From: Octopus sinensis
Lineage: Eukaryota
Reading direction: 5' to 3'
Assembly (NCBI RefSeq): GCF_006345805.1
Contig: NC_043005.1
Location: forward strand, 29,140,001 to 29,204,000
DNA length: 64,000 nucleotides
Positions 12,486 to 25,639 of this stretch are shown in pieces. The position numbers and the translations under genes are program-made. The notes under the pieces are model-generated. The model had not been told where the DNA came from. It was given only the letters and a program-made list of their open reading frames with translations, and made no database searches. Position 1 is the stretch's first letter, and each line of letters begins with the position of its first letter.

Positions 12486-12965
12486 AATGTGCAGAATAGA
12501 TAATGAGTCCTACAAAAAAAGGATGGTTACAATTAGAATAGATCACGAGTAAACAACGTTTACAAACAAGCGAACACGTGTGTGCAGATACACGCATACG
12601 GAAATGTGAACACACACACAACTTACATGAAGCACGTGCGCACATGAACACGTATACATACACACACACAACATACACCAAACGCATACACACACGAACG
12701 CATGCGCGCAAACTCACATACACACACAGTTTCTTCGCGCTGTTGTTTCATATCCGACAGTCTAAGGGAGATAACTCTGTTAAGTGTACATTTTCTAGAA
12801 TCTTATTTTTCTTGCAACATTTCGTTCCAGGCGCTCCAACTGGCAACTCCCTTCGCCAAAACAACAAAATGAGAAGCGATTGCTTCTTCCTGATTCCTAA
12901 TAAACTCTGTCAAACAGCAATGTCTCTCCTAGTTACCTCCTTTAATTCAGTGTTTTCCACAGGGA

Positions 12966-13632
12966 GTTCTTTTACTTGTTTCAGTCATTTGATTGCGGCC
13001 ATGCTGGAGCACCGCCTTTAGTTGAACAAATCGACCCCAGGACTTTTTCTTTGTAAACCTAGTATTTATTCTATCGATCTCTTTTACAGAACCGCTATGT
13101 TACGGGGACGTAAACACACCAAGATCGGTGTCAAGTAATAATGGGGGAACAAATACAGACTCACAAATATATTTATGAGTTCCTTTCGAGTGCTGGGCCC
13201 CACAGAGGCAATGACTGTGACCTTTGGCACTATGTCGTGCTTGAGAAGAAGATGCATTAAGCCAAGCAAAATCGCAATCATGATAGATACCGGTGTCATG
13301 CAAATGGCACCCATGCTGACTCATTACACTCATGGAGTGGTTGGCATTAGGAAGGGCATCCAGCTGTAGAAAACCATGCCAAATCAGAGACTGGTGTCTG
13401 GTGCAGCCTTCCAGCTTGCCAGTCCTGGTCAAACCGTTCGACCCATGCTAGTATGGACAACAGACTCTAAATGATGATGATGATGATGATGGTTATGATG
13501 ATGATGATGATGATGATAATATACAACGGGATCCTTCCAGTTTCTATCTACCAAATCCACTCACAAGGCTTTGGTCAGCCCAAGGCTATAGTATAAGACA
13601 CTTGCTCAAGGTGCCATGCAGTGGGACTGAAC
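12966..13632 (-). mobile_element. SINE family B (tRNA head plus CORE-like), interrupted by an RTE 3' end at ~13175-13517(+)
   Basis: cttgtttcagtcatttgattgcggccatgctggagcaccgcc ... gacacttgctcaaggtgccatgcagtgggactgaac. The insert ends in (gat)n. Confidence 0.8.
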
Positions 13633-13769
13633 TATGATGAAAGAAAGATATTATATTTTCCGTAATTATAACACTACTGTGTACCCTGATTAAAACAATA
13701 TCGTAATATAATTTTAACATTGTGTACCCTGATTAAAATAACACGCTCTCTTGTCTAATGAGTACTTCT

Positions 13770-14760
13770 ACATTCCATGCAGAACCATAACTAACAACAC
13801 CAAATCTTCCAAATGGTTTACTCATAACTGCAGAGCAGTTTTTTAGGCAAAGAACTCTGTGGTTTAAAAGGTGTGACATATCTGACAAGCCTTGTTATGG
13901 AAGGTGACCCACTCTGAATGATGACCTTTTGAATGAGACTATTGTATTAGATCCATGTCAAAGCACCAGAGATTTAGTGCAAAAATTTAATGTGTCATGT
14001 TCAACTATTGGGCAAACATGCAAAGAGGGAATTTGTGTTCCACATGACCTTATGCTTGAGAACTGAACACAATGTTCCACCATCTGCAGCAGTCTTCTAA
14101 CCAGGAATAACAGCCTGTCATTTTTGCAGCACAATATTACAGGTGATGAAAAATGGGCTTTGCATCACATCAGAAAGGAAAAAAGACAATGATTCTCACA
14201 TAATGAGAGGCCAGTGCCAACACCCAAACTAGAAACCCCTCTTTACTTTGTGTTTGGTGGAACATGAAAGGTATATGAGTTTCCTGGAACATGGAAAGAC
14301 CATCAATGCAGATATCTATTGCCAACAAGTTGATTGTGTAAATGAAAAATTATGTTGAAAGGGGCCAGCTTTGGTAAACAGAAAAGGTGTTATTCTCCAG
14401 CATGACAATGCACAACCACACTCTTCAAATGAAACCCAAGGAAAAATAAGATTGTTAGGATGGGAAGTTCCTCCACATTCTCCATACTCATCTGACTTAG
14501 CAGCTATGGATTTCCATCTATTTAGATTACCAGAACATTTTATGAGAGGCAAAACATTCTGAAAGAGAGAAGAAATTGAAAACAGACATGCAGACTTTTT
14601 TTTTCCAGGAAAAGAAATAAGTTTCTTTGAATGTGGCATTAAAAAGTTATTTTCCTGCTGGGCTGCAGTCATTGAAAAACGATGGTGATTACATTCTTGA
14701 TTAAAACTATTCAGATAAACATAGTTTACATTAGTTTTTATTTTCAAAACATCCTAATAT
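13770..14760 (+). mobile_element. Degenerate mariner element
   Basis: WVPHEL-like ICVPHDL (~14031), ITGDEKW (~14137), ILQHDNAQPH, PPHSPYSSDLAAMDFHLF. Confidence 0.9.
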
Positions 14761-14989
14761 ACATATTTGTAAGGTTTTTCTCTACAAAATTGGGTATTTA
14801 ACTGTGGAGTCAGTGAAAAATTGGATGTTTTCATCCGCATCTTCCTTATATATGTGTATATGTCAGGATACAGTCATATATGTGTATATGTCAGGATACA
14901 TATCAGTCAGGATGTTATCTATTGCAACAGGTGCAGAAACTGTCTTTATTACATATATGGAAAGACCCCAAAAATTACTATTTTTAAAT

Positions 14990-15150
14990 CTCACAACGAG
15001 AGATATTCAGCAACAGTACATTGGATTAAAGTTTGTTTGCCAACATAACATGGTTTAGGATGAATGTTGCTGTAATTTATCCCCAGGCAGGAGACATCGT
15101 CTCCAGCTGGCTATACGACACGATCTGTGTCCTTATATTTTTGAACAAGG
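14990..15150. repeat. Dispersed repeat of unknown class (second copy at ~6870-7010)
   Basis: Shared tattcagcaacagtac...tttgccaacataacatg...tgttgctgtaattta.ccccagg..gacatc.tctccagctggctata. Confidence 0.7.
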
Positions 15151-15576
15151 GAATCTAGCAACCCCACTCAGCTCAAAACAAAATCTGTGTATCGCGATTT
15201 AGTTGATTGTTTATAATTTATCCACGTAGTGGAGGGGTAGAGGTAGGTTTCCAGTGTTCATTCACATTTCAAAGTCTATTGTTGATGTTGTTATTGTTAC
15301 TGCTGCTGCTGCTGCTGCTATTGTTGTTGTTGTGAGTTGAGCTAACAGTTTATCATAACCGTGTGTTCTGTTTATATATATATCGGAGTAGAGTTCTGCT
15401 CTTGATTGTTACTTTCACTCTGTACAACAGTCAAAATGTAGCGAGAGCAACAATTAAGACGAGGACACCAGTTCGGCAAATATAAACAAGATACACAATA
15501 TGTACGAATTCTTCATCTCACAAATATAGAATTGAGTTTATCATAGCATTAATTTGAATTTATTTTTAGAAGTTAA

Positions 15577-16086
15577 CTAGCAGTATCGCCCGGCGTTGCT
15601 CGGGTTTGTAAGGGAAATAACTATATAAGCATTTTTAGTGAGTTATAGCAAAAAAATGCATTAAAAATGGAATAAAAAATGATGGTAATTTTGGTGTCTT
15701 CAAGCCATGAAGTCGTTGTTCTAAAAGAACGCTGGTCTCCTTGACAACGCTTTACGACGTTGATTTCCTTACACTCCCTTCCCCACAGCTTCACGAGGGA
15801 GGGAAGAAGGGGGAGAAGCAACACAGGTGCAGGTGTGAGCATGGACGCCAACTCCGCCGCCATCGACACACGAAAAAATTGGAAGAAATGGAAAAAAATG
15901 ATGTTAAATTATTTTTAAAATCGTAGACTCATCGTAGATGCGCGCTAATACCCAGACGGGCTCGATATGAATCACGACTATAAGATACCCGAATTTGGTT
16001 AAACTGCACCGCAAAATGTGGGAGTAGTTAGGAATCTAAATCGAAGGGGACAGACACTCACACAACTACAGTTTTATATATATAGA
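15577..16086 (-). mobile_element. Non-autonomous Helitron
   Basis: On the minus strand: A|TCTATATATATAAAA 5' end, subterminal hairpin CCCGAGCAACGCCGGG, and CTAG|T 3' end. Inserted in an AT dinucleotide with no TSD. Confidence 0.85.
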
Positions 16087-16100
16087 TATTCAAACAGGAA

Positions 16101-16322
16101 AGGCAGCAAGCTGGCAGAAACAGCACGCCGGGTAAAATGCTTAGCAGTATTTCATCTGTCTTTACGTTCTGTGTTCAAATTCCGCTGAGGTCGACTTTGC
16201 CTTTCATCCTTTCGGGGTTGACAAATTAAGTACCAGTTGCATACTGGGGTTGATCTAATCGACTGGATCCCCCTTCCTCTCCCAAAACTTTCAGGTCTTG
16301 TGCCTAGAGTAGAAAAGAATAT
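16101..16322 (+). mobile_element. SINE family A, tail type A
   Basis: ggcagcaagctggcagaaa...gttcaaattccgctgaggtcgactttgcc...cttgtgcctagagtagaaaagaat. Confidence 0.85.
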
Positions 16323-16634
16323 TCAAATAGGAAAGAAACACTAAAAAAACTGTACAGATGCATTTATCACCCCCCCCCCCACCAGATTACCACCCTCTCT
16401 GTCCTCAGTACCCTTATAAAAGTATTGATTCCTTCCCCCAGCTGTAGGGTGGTGGTGGGGGTAGTAACACCCACTTTGAGAAAGACTGTCGGGTTTTCTT
16501 ACTGTTGAAGGAAACTTGAGATAATCAAATGAAGGACAAAATCCCTCGTGTTTTAAATGTAAAATAGAACCTCCCTTTCCATCCCCGCCCTGTTACTTTC
16601 AGTAATTATTAAAAAATCCATAATCTTCATCTTT

Positions 16635-17050
16635 TTTCTTTTTATTTGTTTCCCTTTAGTCATTGGACTGTGGCCATGCTGGGGCAATACCTAGAAGGAT
16701 GTAGTTGAACAAATTGACCCCTGGACTTAATCTTTATAAAGTCTGGGACTTATTCTATAGGTCTTTTTGTGCCAAACTGATAAGTTACAGGGCCATAAAC
16801 CAACCAACACTGGTGGTCAAGTGATGGTGGTGGGGACAAACACAAACACACACACACACACGTACACATACTTGCACAAATTCATACATACACACATATA
16901 CATGCTGGGCTTCCACTGTTTCCATCTGCCGAATCCACTTGCAGGACATTGGTTGACCTAGGGCTATTGAAGAAGACCCTTCTCCAAGGTACTGTGCAGT
17001 GGAACTGAACTCATATTCCTGTGGTTGCAAAGCAAGCTTTTAAACCACCC
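16635..17050 (-). mobile_element. SINE family B
   Basis: Colinear with the copies at 50885-51333 and 53780-54168. Confidence 0.75.
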
Positions 17051-17214
17051 ATATCTGTCCCTGATTATTAAAATTTTCAAAAAGAAAAAAAAAAGTCATT
17101 ATAAATAGTTAATTAATTAATAAATTTATTAAAATTATTTAATTACAGTTATTAGCAGTAAGAGCATCAACGAAATGAAACCATTCAACTGGTCAGAAAT
17201 GTTTGCTGGAAGTA

Positions 17215-17255
17215 GTTACCTAGGCAACATAATCTGGTTATGTTGCCCAGGTAAC
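17215..17255. promoter_or_regulatory. Paired RFX X-box motifs forming an inverted repeat
   Basis: GTTACC-TA-GGCAAC (17215-17228) and GTTGCC-CA-GGTAAC (17242-17255) both fit GTNRCC-N0-3-RGYAAC. Confidence 0.45.
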
Positions 17256-18261
17256 ATAATTGGTTATCTGTGTGTGTGTGTGTGCGTGCGTGTGTGTATG
17301 TGCATGTATGTGTGCGTGTGTGTGTATGTGCATGTGTGTGTGCGTGTGTGTACGTGTGTGCGTGCATGCATGTGTGTATGTGTGTATGTATGTGTGTCTA
17401 TGTGTGTGTAAGTGTGTGTATGTGTGTATGTGCGTGTATGTGTGTGTATGTGTATGTGTATGTGCGTGTATGTGTATGTGTGTATGTATGTGTGTGTATG
17501 TGTATGTGTGTGTGTATATGTGTGTATGTGTGTGTGTGCATGCATGTGTACATGAACGTTGTATGATAAGACTGCTGTATAGAAGACATTATGAATAAAA
17601 CATGCATTAACGCTCCCATTATAAATGTATGTATCTATTTTAATGTGTAATGTCTGCATTAACATTTATTTAATGTTTAACTCAGCATTTTGCAATAATG
17701 TTGACATTAATAAATCATACACAACAGAAATACATTACCACTTTCCTTGTGTATGTGTAGCTGTCTATTTTATGTCAGTTTAAAATACTGTTCTGTGGGA
17801 CATCCATTAACCCATCAGCATTTAAACCTGCCATTTCTGGACCAAATATTCTGTTGAAACATGTTAGATTCATCCTTTCATACCTGCCCTACAATGTCAT
17901 CCTAAAAATAGACAGTCACCTCATCGAAACATGGAAGCTATGAGATGATGTATGATTAACTGAAAACAAAGTGAATAAATAAGCAATACATTTAACAAAA
18001 TATTATTTTGGCCTTTTATTAACAGAATAACATATTTGTTACATGCAACAGAAGCAGTATTACATTAAAATTGCTATCTGTGTATTATACTTAATGCAGA
18101 TACATCACAAAATGCAAATTATTTATAGTATTTGTCCAGAGATGATATTCCTTATGGATATACTGAACTCAAAATCACCAAAATATACCAACAATAGATG
18201 AACATTTTCCAGCAGTGGTAGTGCTAGTTGCACCATTTTGCCATGTTGTGCTTTGTCTTCA

Positions 18262-18304
18262 TACTACTGACGAAGCCTAATGAGGCAGAAATACACATCT
18301 AGCA
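18262..18304 (+). ncRNA. Degenerate minimal type I hammerhead ribozyme motif
   Basis: tacta-CTGACGA-a-gcc taatga ggc-a-GAAA-t acac a-TC-tagca. Confidence 0.5.
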
Positions 18305-19277
18305 TTTTCCCCATCATTGTTGGACAACTTTTGTCTGCTACTGATATAGTGTTTTGTGCATCTATAAGGGATATTATTCGCAGACAAATGTCTCAGATGA
18401 TTTGCCATTATAAACGATACACAGAAGGTTATAATTATGTATTCCTATATTTAAACAAAGCCCCAAATCTGTTGTGAAAGTATTTACAATCAAATTAATT
18501 GGTATTAATACATAACTGGTACTTACTTCATGGACCCTGGAGATATGAAACATAGTGTCAACCTCAATGGGACTTGAACTCAAATCGTAAACTGAAAGTT
18601 GGACAAAATTCCAAGATATTTAGTTTCAAATTTTGGTTTAATCACTTTCAGTTGAGCCCTGGGATTGATGCAATCAAATAAGCCCTCCTCACCGAAAATT
18701 TCAGACCTTCTGTTGAGAATTGAAAGTGTATTGGTAAAATCATTTTTGTGCATTGGAAAATATGCTTAGCACCATTTTGACCATTTTCATGTTCTGTGTT
18801 CCAATGCTGCTGAGATCAGCTTTGTCTTTCATCCTTTCAGGGTCAAAGAAATAATACCAGTTGAGCAGGGGAGGGGTTGAGGCAATTAGCAACACACCCT
18901 CACACTCAAAATCACAGGCCTTCTCCCTGACCACCACCACCACCACCACCACCATCACCACCACCACCACCACCACCACTACCACTACTACAGACAGATC
19001 GAAGGAGGACAACAAGGGAGAAGGTACTTGCCTTAGTGGTCAGGGTAACTAGTTTTGGGGAGTTTCTGCGAGTAGCCATCAGAAATCTCCCTCTTCTGGG
19101 GAATTAGATATTGCTTGGAATTCATTATTTTTTTGTTACTGTTAGTCGCCTTTCTATATGCAATTTGATGTACTCTCACATTGTACAAAGTTTTTCTGAA
19201 CCATTTTGCCGTTAATAACCACCACCACCACCACCACCGCCATCGCCGCCGCCGCCGCCGTCATCGCCGTCATTATT

Positions 19278-19477
19278 AAGGCAGCGTGCTGGACGAAATG
19301 CTTAGCGGTATGTTGCCTATTGCACTACGTTCTGAGTTCAATTTCCGCCGTGATCGACTTTGCTTTTCCTCCTTTGGTGGTTGGGTCGATAAATTAAGTA
19401 TCAGTGAAACACTGGGGTCGATGTAATCGACTAGTCCTGTCCCCCAAATTTTCAGGCTTGTACTTTTAGTAGAAAGG

Positions 19478-19530
<53 letters not shown>
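19278..19530 (+). mobile_element. SINE family A, tail A with (ATT)n
   Basis: Family body followed by aaaggattattatt. Confidence 0.8.
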
Positions 19531-19532
<2 letters not shown>

Positions 19533-19850
19533 GTAGTAGTAGTAGTAGTAACACCATTGGTCTGGGAAGAGTGGGTTTTGTTCCCGTTGCATTACAAGTA
19601 ATGACATGTTAGTTCTCCTTCTTGGCCAGCCAGAAAATATAGCCACGCTTTGAAGAGTAAGACTTCCCTCTTGGAACGCGAGAAAGACATTTCAAGCGAA
19701 TGATGCCAACTGTCTCAACAAAATCGATTAATTAAAATGATCAAAACTGCCAATAAAAGACAAAAAAGAAGACCCGAAATGTATAAAATGTAAGGGAGTT
19801 AACTCTCTTACAAGGGAAATAACCTTCCTTACAGTCTGCTAAAATTTCTT

Positions 19851-20090
19851 TGTGACACATAGATATTGTATCACACGTTATTATATGGTGGCACACATTG
19901 ATTTATGGTGGCACACATTGATATATGGTGGCATACATTGAAATGTGGTAACATATATTGATTGATATACGGTGATACAGATAGTTATATAACAACACGC
20001 ATTGATATAGTGACACTCAGTGATACATGGTGACGTCCTTTATTTTTATAAGGAAAAGGATTGATGTGTGGTGACACACGCAGATATACA
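19851..20090. repeat. Degenerate 20-bp minisatellite
   Basis: Repeated atatggtggcacacattgat, decaying toward the right. Confidence 0.8.
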
Positions 20091-20493
20091 GATACGTATA
20101 CCATTAACATCATGAGCACGACCAACTCCATCATCGTCATCGTTTTAACGCCAGCAATTTGCATGCTTGCATGGGTCGGATGGGATTCGTTGAGGGAGAT
20201 TCTCTATGGCTGGGTGCCCTTTCGTATCTTAACACTCAGCTGCTTCCAAGTGCGGCAATAATTCCCCACGGGCAGACATTTCTTTTGTTGAGGATTGAGA
20301 ATAAACATCATCGTCAGTATGACAGTGATGCTCATTTAGAACCCTCACATGAAGTCCAGACAATGATATACCCACATCCACCCTACCACACATGTACATA
20401 TATGTATATATATACATATATATATATTATCATCATCATTATTGTTTAATGTCAATCTTCCATGCATGCATGGGTCAGACAGACAGACAGACA

Positions 20494-20531
<38 letters not shown>

Positions 20532-20671
20532 CTAATAACTAACTACAAGACCTTAGATTCAACCAACCTCTATTGTTCATTTGCCTCACAATGGATTTAA
20601 TGAACTTTGAACCCAACTAAAATGTAAGACTTTCGAATCATTGAACTTTTTCATTTCCGATTCCTCCCTCT

Positions 20672-20790
20672 ATCTTTCACTCTATTCTCCTCCTTGTCTT
20701 TCACACTATTCTCCTTGTCTTTCACTCTATTCTCCTTGTCTTTCACTCTATTCTCCTTGTCTTTCACTCTATTCTCCTCCTTGTCTATCT
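20672..20790. repeat. 21-bp minisatellite, 5 copies
   Basis: (tctttcactctattctccttg)x5, directly upstream of a hammerhead motif. Confidence 0.9.
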
Positions 20791-20801
20791 ATGACTTCTT
20801 C

Positions 20802-20877
20802 GTTCTGATGACGTCTACCATTTGCAAAAGGCAAATACATATTTACCTGAACATGGTACACAGAAACAGCTGTAAAC
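20802..20877 (+). ncRNA. Minimal type I hammerhead ribozyme motif (Penelope-like)
   Basis: gtt-CTGATGA-[..taccat...atggta..]-GAAA-C-AGCT-G-TA-aac: intact core, one-pair stem III with palindromic loop, GUA site, gtt/aac stem I. Confidence 0.75.
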
Positions 20878-21125
20878 TCACTCTTACCCTCACCTTGCTT
20901 AATTAATTGAATAGTGACTTTTTAGCACCAAAGACACACTTCTCACTGTTATTTTTCCTCCATTTTCTTATCATTTATATATACATTAACTATGGTTTAC
21001 CGTTTAAATTACCTACTACCATATATATACCTTATAACAAGGACCATACTTACTGAGGTAATTACCAAGAGTGTTTTTGGATACATCTATCCCTTTGAGG
21101 GTTTAAACACCTCTAACTTATACCT

Positions 21126-21182
<57 letters not shown>

Positions 21183-21329
21183 TATATATATATATATATG
21201 TGCACTCACACAGGCACACACATATATACATGTGTCCATATACGAACATACATACGTGTGTGCATGTGTGTGTCTGTGTGTGTGTGTATGTGTGTGTGTG
21301 TGTAGAAAACCTGCCTGTCACATAATCAC

Positions 21330-22100
21330 AACCAATCTGGTGGGAACAGAATCCCGACTGACATTATTCTCACCAGAAAGAGGAATAGGACGATACTTTT
21401 GAATGTAGAATCCTTCCCTGGTGAGGAATGTACTGCTCGACATAGGTTAGTGACTTTGGATTTAGGAAGAGAAGGACTCAGAGATGCAAAAGGAGGCTGT
21501 AGAAGGTTTAGGATTCTTTCAAGAATCAGAAATTTGGAGAGAATCTAATTGAGGCATTTGATAACAAGGAAGAGAAAAGAGAGGGACAGATAATACAGAA
21601 CAGCCTACTGAGGTTGTCAGGCCAAATCTGTGGCCAAGTGAAAGCTTCAATGAGACTGAGGGTAACATGGGGGTGGAACACTTGGGTAGACAGGGGCACA
21701 AAAGTGAGGAGGCAGGCTTGGTAAAATGGAGGAGGGCAAACAACTATGGATGGGGAGGTAGGTCACAGGTCTATTTAGCAAGGACAGAAGCAGAAAGGAT
21801 CAGAGGTGTGAGGTGTTCTGGATTGCAAGATAGTGTGTGAAAGAGAACCAAGATGCTGTGACAAGTAATAGCAGAGATGAACAGAGATAAGAATAGGCAA
21901 GGAGGTGGGGATAATAAAAGTGAGCCAGGGAAGAGAGAGTGATGGCTGGCAGTACATGAAGGGAGGATGATAATAAAAATGAGCCAGTGAAGTGAGAGTG
22001 ATGGCTGGCAATACAGAGGGGAAATTGAGTATTTTGTATAGAAATAGGAGAAAGAAAGATGGAATGATGAGAATAGGAGGATGTAAGGGAGAAACATGGA
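21330..22100 (+). mobile_element. Highly decayed RTE LINE fragment
   Basis: ggtctatttagcaaggacagaagcaga resembles ggtttatttagccagaggggaagctga of the RTE copy at ~54957. Purine-rich. Confidence 0.45.
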
Positions 22101-22106
22101 GTGATA

Positions 22107-23767
22107 CAGTGGCTTGCAAAAGTCTACACCCCCTTTGAAAATTTATATATTTTGCATAATTTAACAGAAACAACACATTTTTTCAATTCCAATGATTGTT
22201 AAATAATAAGCAGATCCATCACACTTTCCTTTGATATAAAAATTACATTAAAAAAATTTCACACTGATTCTTAAAATCATATAACTTAGAAAAATGTCTT
22301 TGCAAAAGTCTACACCCACCAGATATTATACTGTGTTATCAGGTAGTTTGTCATTGATGTGTACAATCCAAAACAATCAAATGTGACATGTGCGTTCTAC
22401 CATAACAAACAAACTTGGCCAGTCTATTATTTTGCTATAAGAGGTGATTTAACTGTCTACAAAATCATTCACCACATGGCTTTTTGGTATGTTGGTCTTT
22501 GGACTCTGGCTGTAAACACAAGGTGTCCAACTTGGGAAAGAAATTGGGCAAGCCTCTGTCTCAGGAAGTTAAAAACCTTAGTATTCAAAAGTACAATAAA
22601 AATAATGGCTATAAAAGGATAAAAACTTTAGAATTGCCCCTAAGCACTGTTAAAACTGTAGTTAAGAAGTGGTTAGTGCACAAAACCACTGCTACCCTAC
22701 TAAGATCTGGGAGACCGAGCAAACTTACCAGAAGAGCAAAGTTAAAACCGGTCCAAGAGGCAACCTCTAACCCTAGTGCAACACTGGAAGACTTGAAAGC
22801 TTCAGTTTCCAGCACTGTAACAGATGTCCATGCATCTACAATTTCCAGAATATTGCACCGGTCTGGCCTGCAAGGGAGGGTAGCTAGAAAAAAATCCCTT
22901 CTGAAGCCTATACACAAGCAAGCTAGGCTAAACTTTGCCAAAAGTCACATTAATGATTCCATGACCATGTGGGCAAAAGATTTTGTGATCAGATGAGACC
23001 AAAGTCGAGTTATTTGGAAAAAATATGAAACGCTATGTTTGGCAGAAAAAAGGCACTGTTCACCAACGTCGTTACATCGTCCTCACTGTAAAGCATGGTG
23101 GTGGCTAATCATGCTTTGGAGCTGTTTTTCAACTGCAGGGCCTGGAAAGTTGGTAACCATCCAAGGTATCATGGACAGTGTCAAGTACCAAGAAATATTG
23201 GAGGCAAAACTGCTGAAATCTGCTAGAGCTCTGCATTAGGATCACAATTTCAAGTTTCAACAAGATAACGACCCCAAGCATGTGTCAAAAAACACTAAAG
23301 CTTGGTTTGCTAGCAAGAAAATCACAGTTTTGGAGTGGTCCAGCCAGTCTCCAGACCTCAATCCTATAGAAAATCTATGGTGAGATCTAAAGCTGACTGT
23401 GCACCAACATTCCTCATACAGTTCTGCCATGAAGAATGGTGAAAACTGTCAGCAGACCACTGCAGCAAGCTCCTGGAAGGCTACCCGAGGCATCTGCAGG
23501 CTGTAATTGATGCAGCAGGATCATCCATAAAGTATTAGTTGAAGACATTCCAAAGGGGGTAGAGACTTTTGAAAAGACATATTTCAAAATTATCCTTGTT
23601 TAAGAATCAGTTTAAAATTTTTTAAATGTATTTTGTGTATTGAATAAAAGTGTGATAGATCTCCTTATTCAAACAAATTATTGGAGTTTAAAATATTAAT
23701 TGTTCCTATCAAAATAAACAAAATACATCCAGTTTCCAAGGGGTGTGTTGACTTTTGCAAGGCACCG
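22107..23767 (+). mobile_element. Full-length Tc1 transposon (DD34E, IR-DR type); transposase pseudogenised
   Basis: TA TSDs at 22105-6 and 23768-9. Ends CAGTGGCTTGCAAAAGTCTACACCCC and GGGGTGTGTTGACTTTTGCAAGGCACCG, with inner DRs at ~22299 and ~23555. RSGRPSKL AT-hook, SDETKVELFG, and QQDNDPKH...[12 protein letters not shown] with 34 residues between D and E. Contains stops and frameshifts. Confidence 0.95.
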
Positions 23768-24640
23768 TAAGGTGGAGAAAGAATTGAATTAGGTTAGGCC
23801 TCGTACCATTCTTTGTTAGCCAAGCATGTGCGTGAATATGCATGTGTATGTGTGTATGTTTGTGCATGTGTGTGTGTGTGAGTGCATGCGTGCAGGTATG
23901 AGTTGGTGTTTCCTTCCCTTAACATCACATGATAGTTGTAAATGAATGTCACCATGATACAAGTGGTGTCATCTATCTCCAGTCTTCTGTGAAAACAGGT
24001 CCAGTCATGGAAAGAAAAAACAAAAAAAATACCCTGTTTGGAAAGAAGTAAGGGTTGGCAACAGGAAGGACATCCATCTGCAGGAGACCTGCTTTAACAA
24101 ATTCTATCCGACCCATGTGAGGATGGAAAAGTGGGAATTAAATGATGGTGATGATGGCGGTACCAAGCATCTTCAGATCTATTTTCTGCTCAAAGATAGA
24201 GACCTTAGATTTGTAACTTGCCCCAAATTTTTCATCTGGCTTTTGTGCTTTTCACAAATCTTGCTTGTTCTGCTGATAATATGAGAAGTTATCAATGGCT
24301 CTTCCTTTGTCTTTTTGGTGGTGGCTCTTGAAAATATTCATTCTGTGTGTATTCTTGCTGTTAAATTCTTGTTCTTGTTTATCTTCTATAAATGAAGTTC
24401 TTTGCCTGCCTCTCTCTACCAATGATGCCACTATGATTTTAATATATGTGTGTGTATGTTTGAGGTCGAACTTTGTTCCTTTGTAATTGTGACACCATCA
24501 TATCTTTATGCGCGCACGCACACACACACACTGAGGTTTATATATACACATACATATGCATATACATACATGTACATATGTATATACATATATATAAATA
24601 TGTATATATATATACATACACATGTATAATATATATATAT

Positions 24641-24704
<64 letters not shown>

Positions 24705-25504
24705 GCATACATACACACACACATACACACATATATAGATATATATACACATGTACATGTATGTGTATGTATGTGTGTGTGAAAGTGTGTGTGTGTGTGT
24801 GTGTATTTATTCTATGCTGAACCCCCCACCCCACCCATCTCCATCACAAGGCTGAGTTTCATGTTTCCATTTTTCATGCTGTGAAAATAAAATAGCAAAA
24901 AAATAAAAACTATAAAAAACATCAAAATAAAATCAAAACTTGGAACATTAAACTTAGAACAGCAGCAGACAAAAGCTTCACCTCAAACACACACACAAAC
25001 AAACACGCACTCATACATACATACACACACATACATACATTCATACATACACACACACACATACATACATACATTTATACATACATACGTTCACACGCAC
25101 ACTCACACACATACACACGTTCACACATACATACACACGTTCACACACACGTACACATATTCACACATACAACACACACACAACACACAACACATGCACA
25201 CACATACAACACAAACCCAAAGATACAGGCACACACACACAACACACACATACACACACATACACACACAACACAAGCCCAAAGACACACACACACAACA
25301 CACCCACACACAGTTACACACACTTACACACGTGCACCACACACGTGTATTTACATAGGATATATAATTCTTAAACGGGACTAAATATGTGGTCCTTAAA
25401 GGTGTAACTGACCTTCTGCATTATTCAATCTCCAGACACTTTTAACACAATGCTGTATTTAGCTCTTTCATGTTTTCACAGCACAAAAATAAACATAAGC
25501 CATT

Positions 25505-25506
<2 letters not shown>

Positions 25507-25590
<84 letters not shown>
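25507..25590. repeat. Perfect (CA)n microsatellite
   Basis: Uninterrupted CA run of about 84 bp. Confidence 0.95.
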
Positions 25591-25595
<5 letters not shown>

Positions 25596-25639
25596 AAATA
25601 TAGAAATGCAGAATTTTTTAAGATAACATTTCTTTTTTT

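Noticed and set aside
16101-16185. tRNA genes at A/B-box-like sequences
   Set aside because: These are SINE heads with no complete cloverleaf, always joined to the same body.
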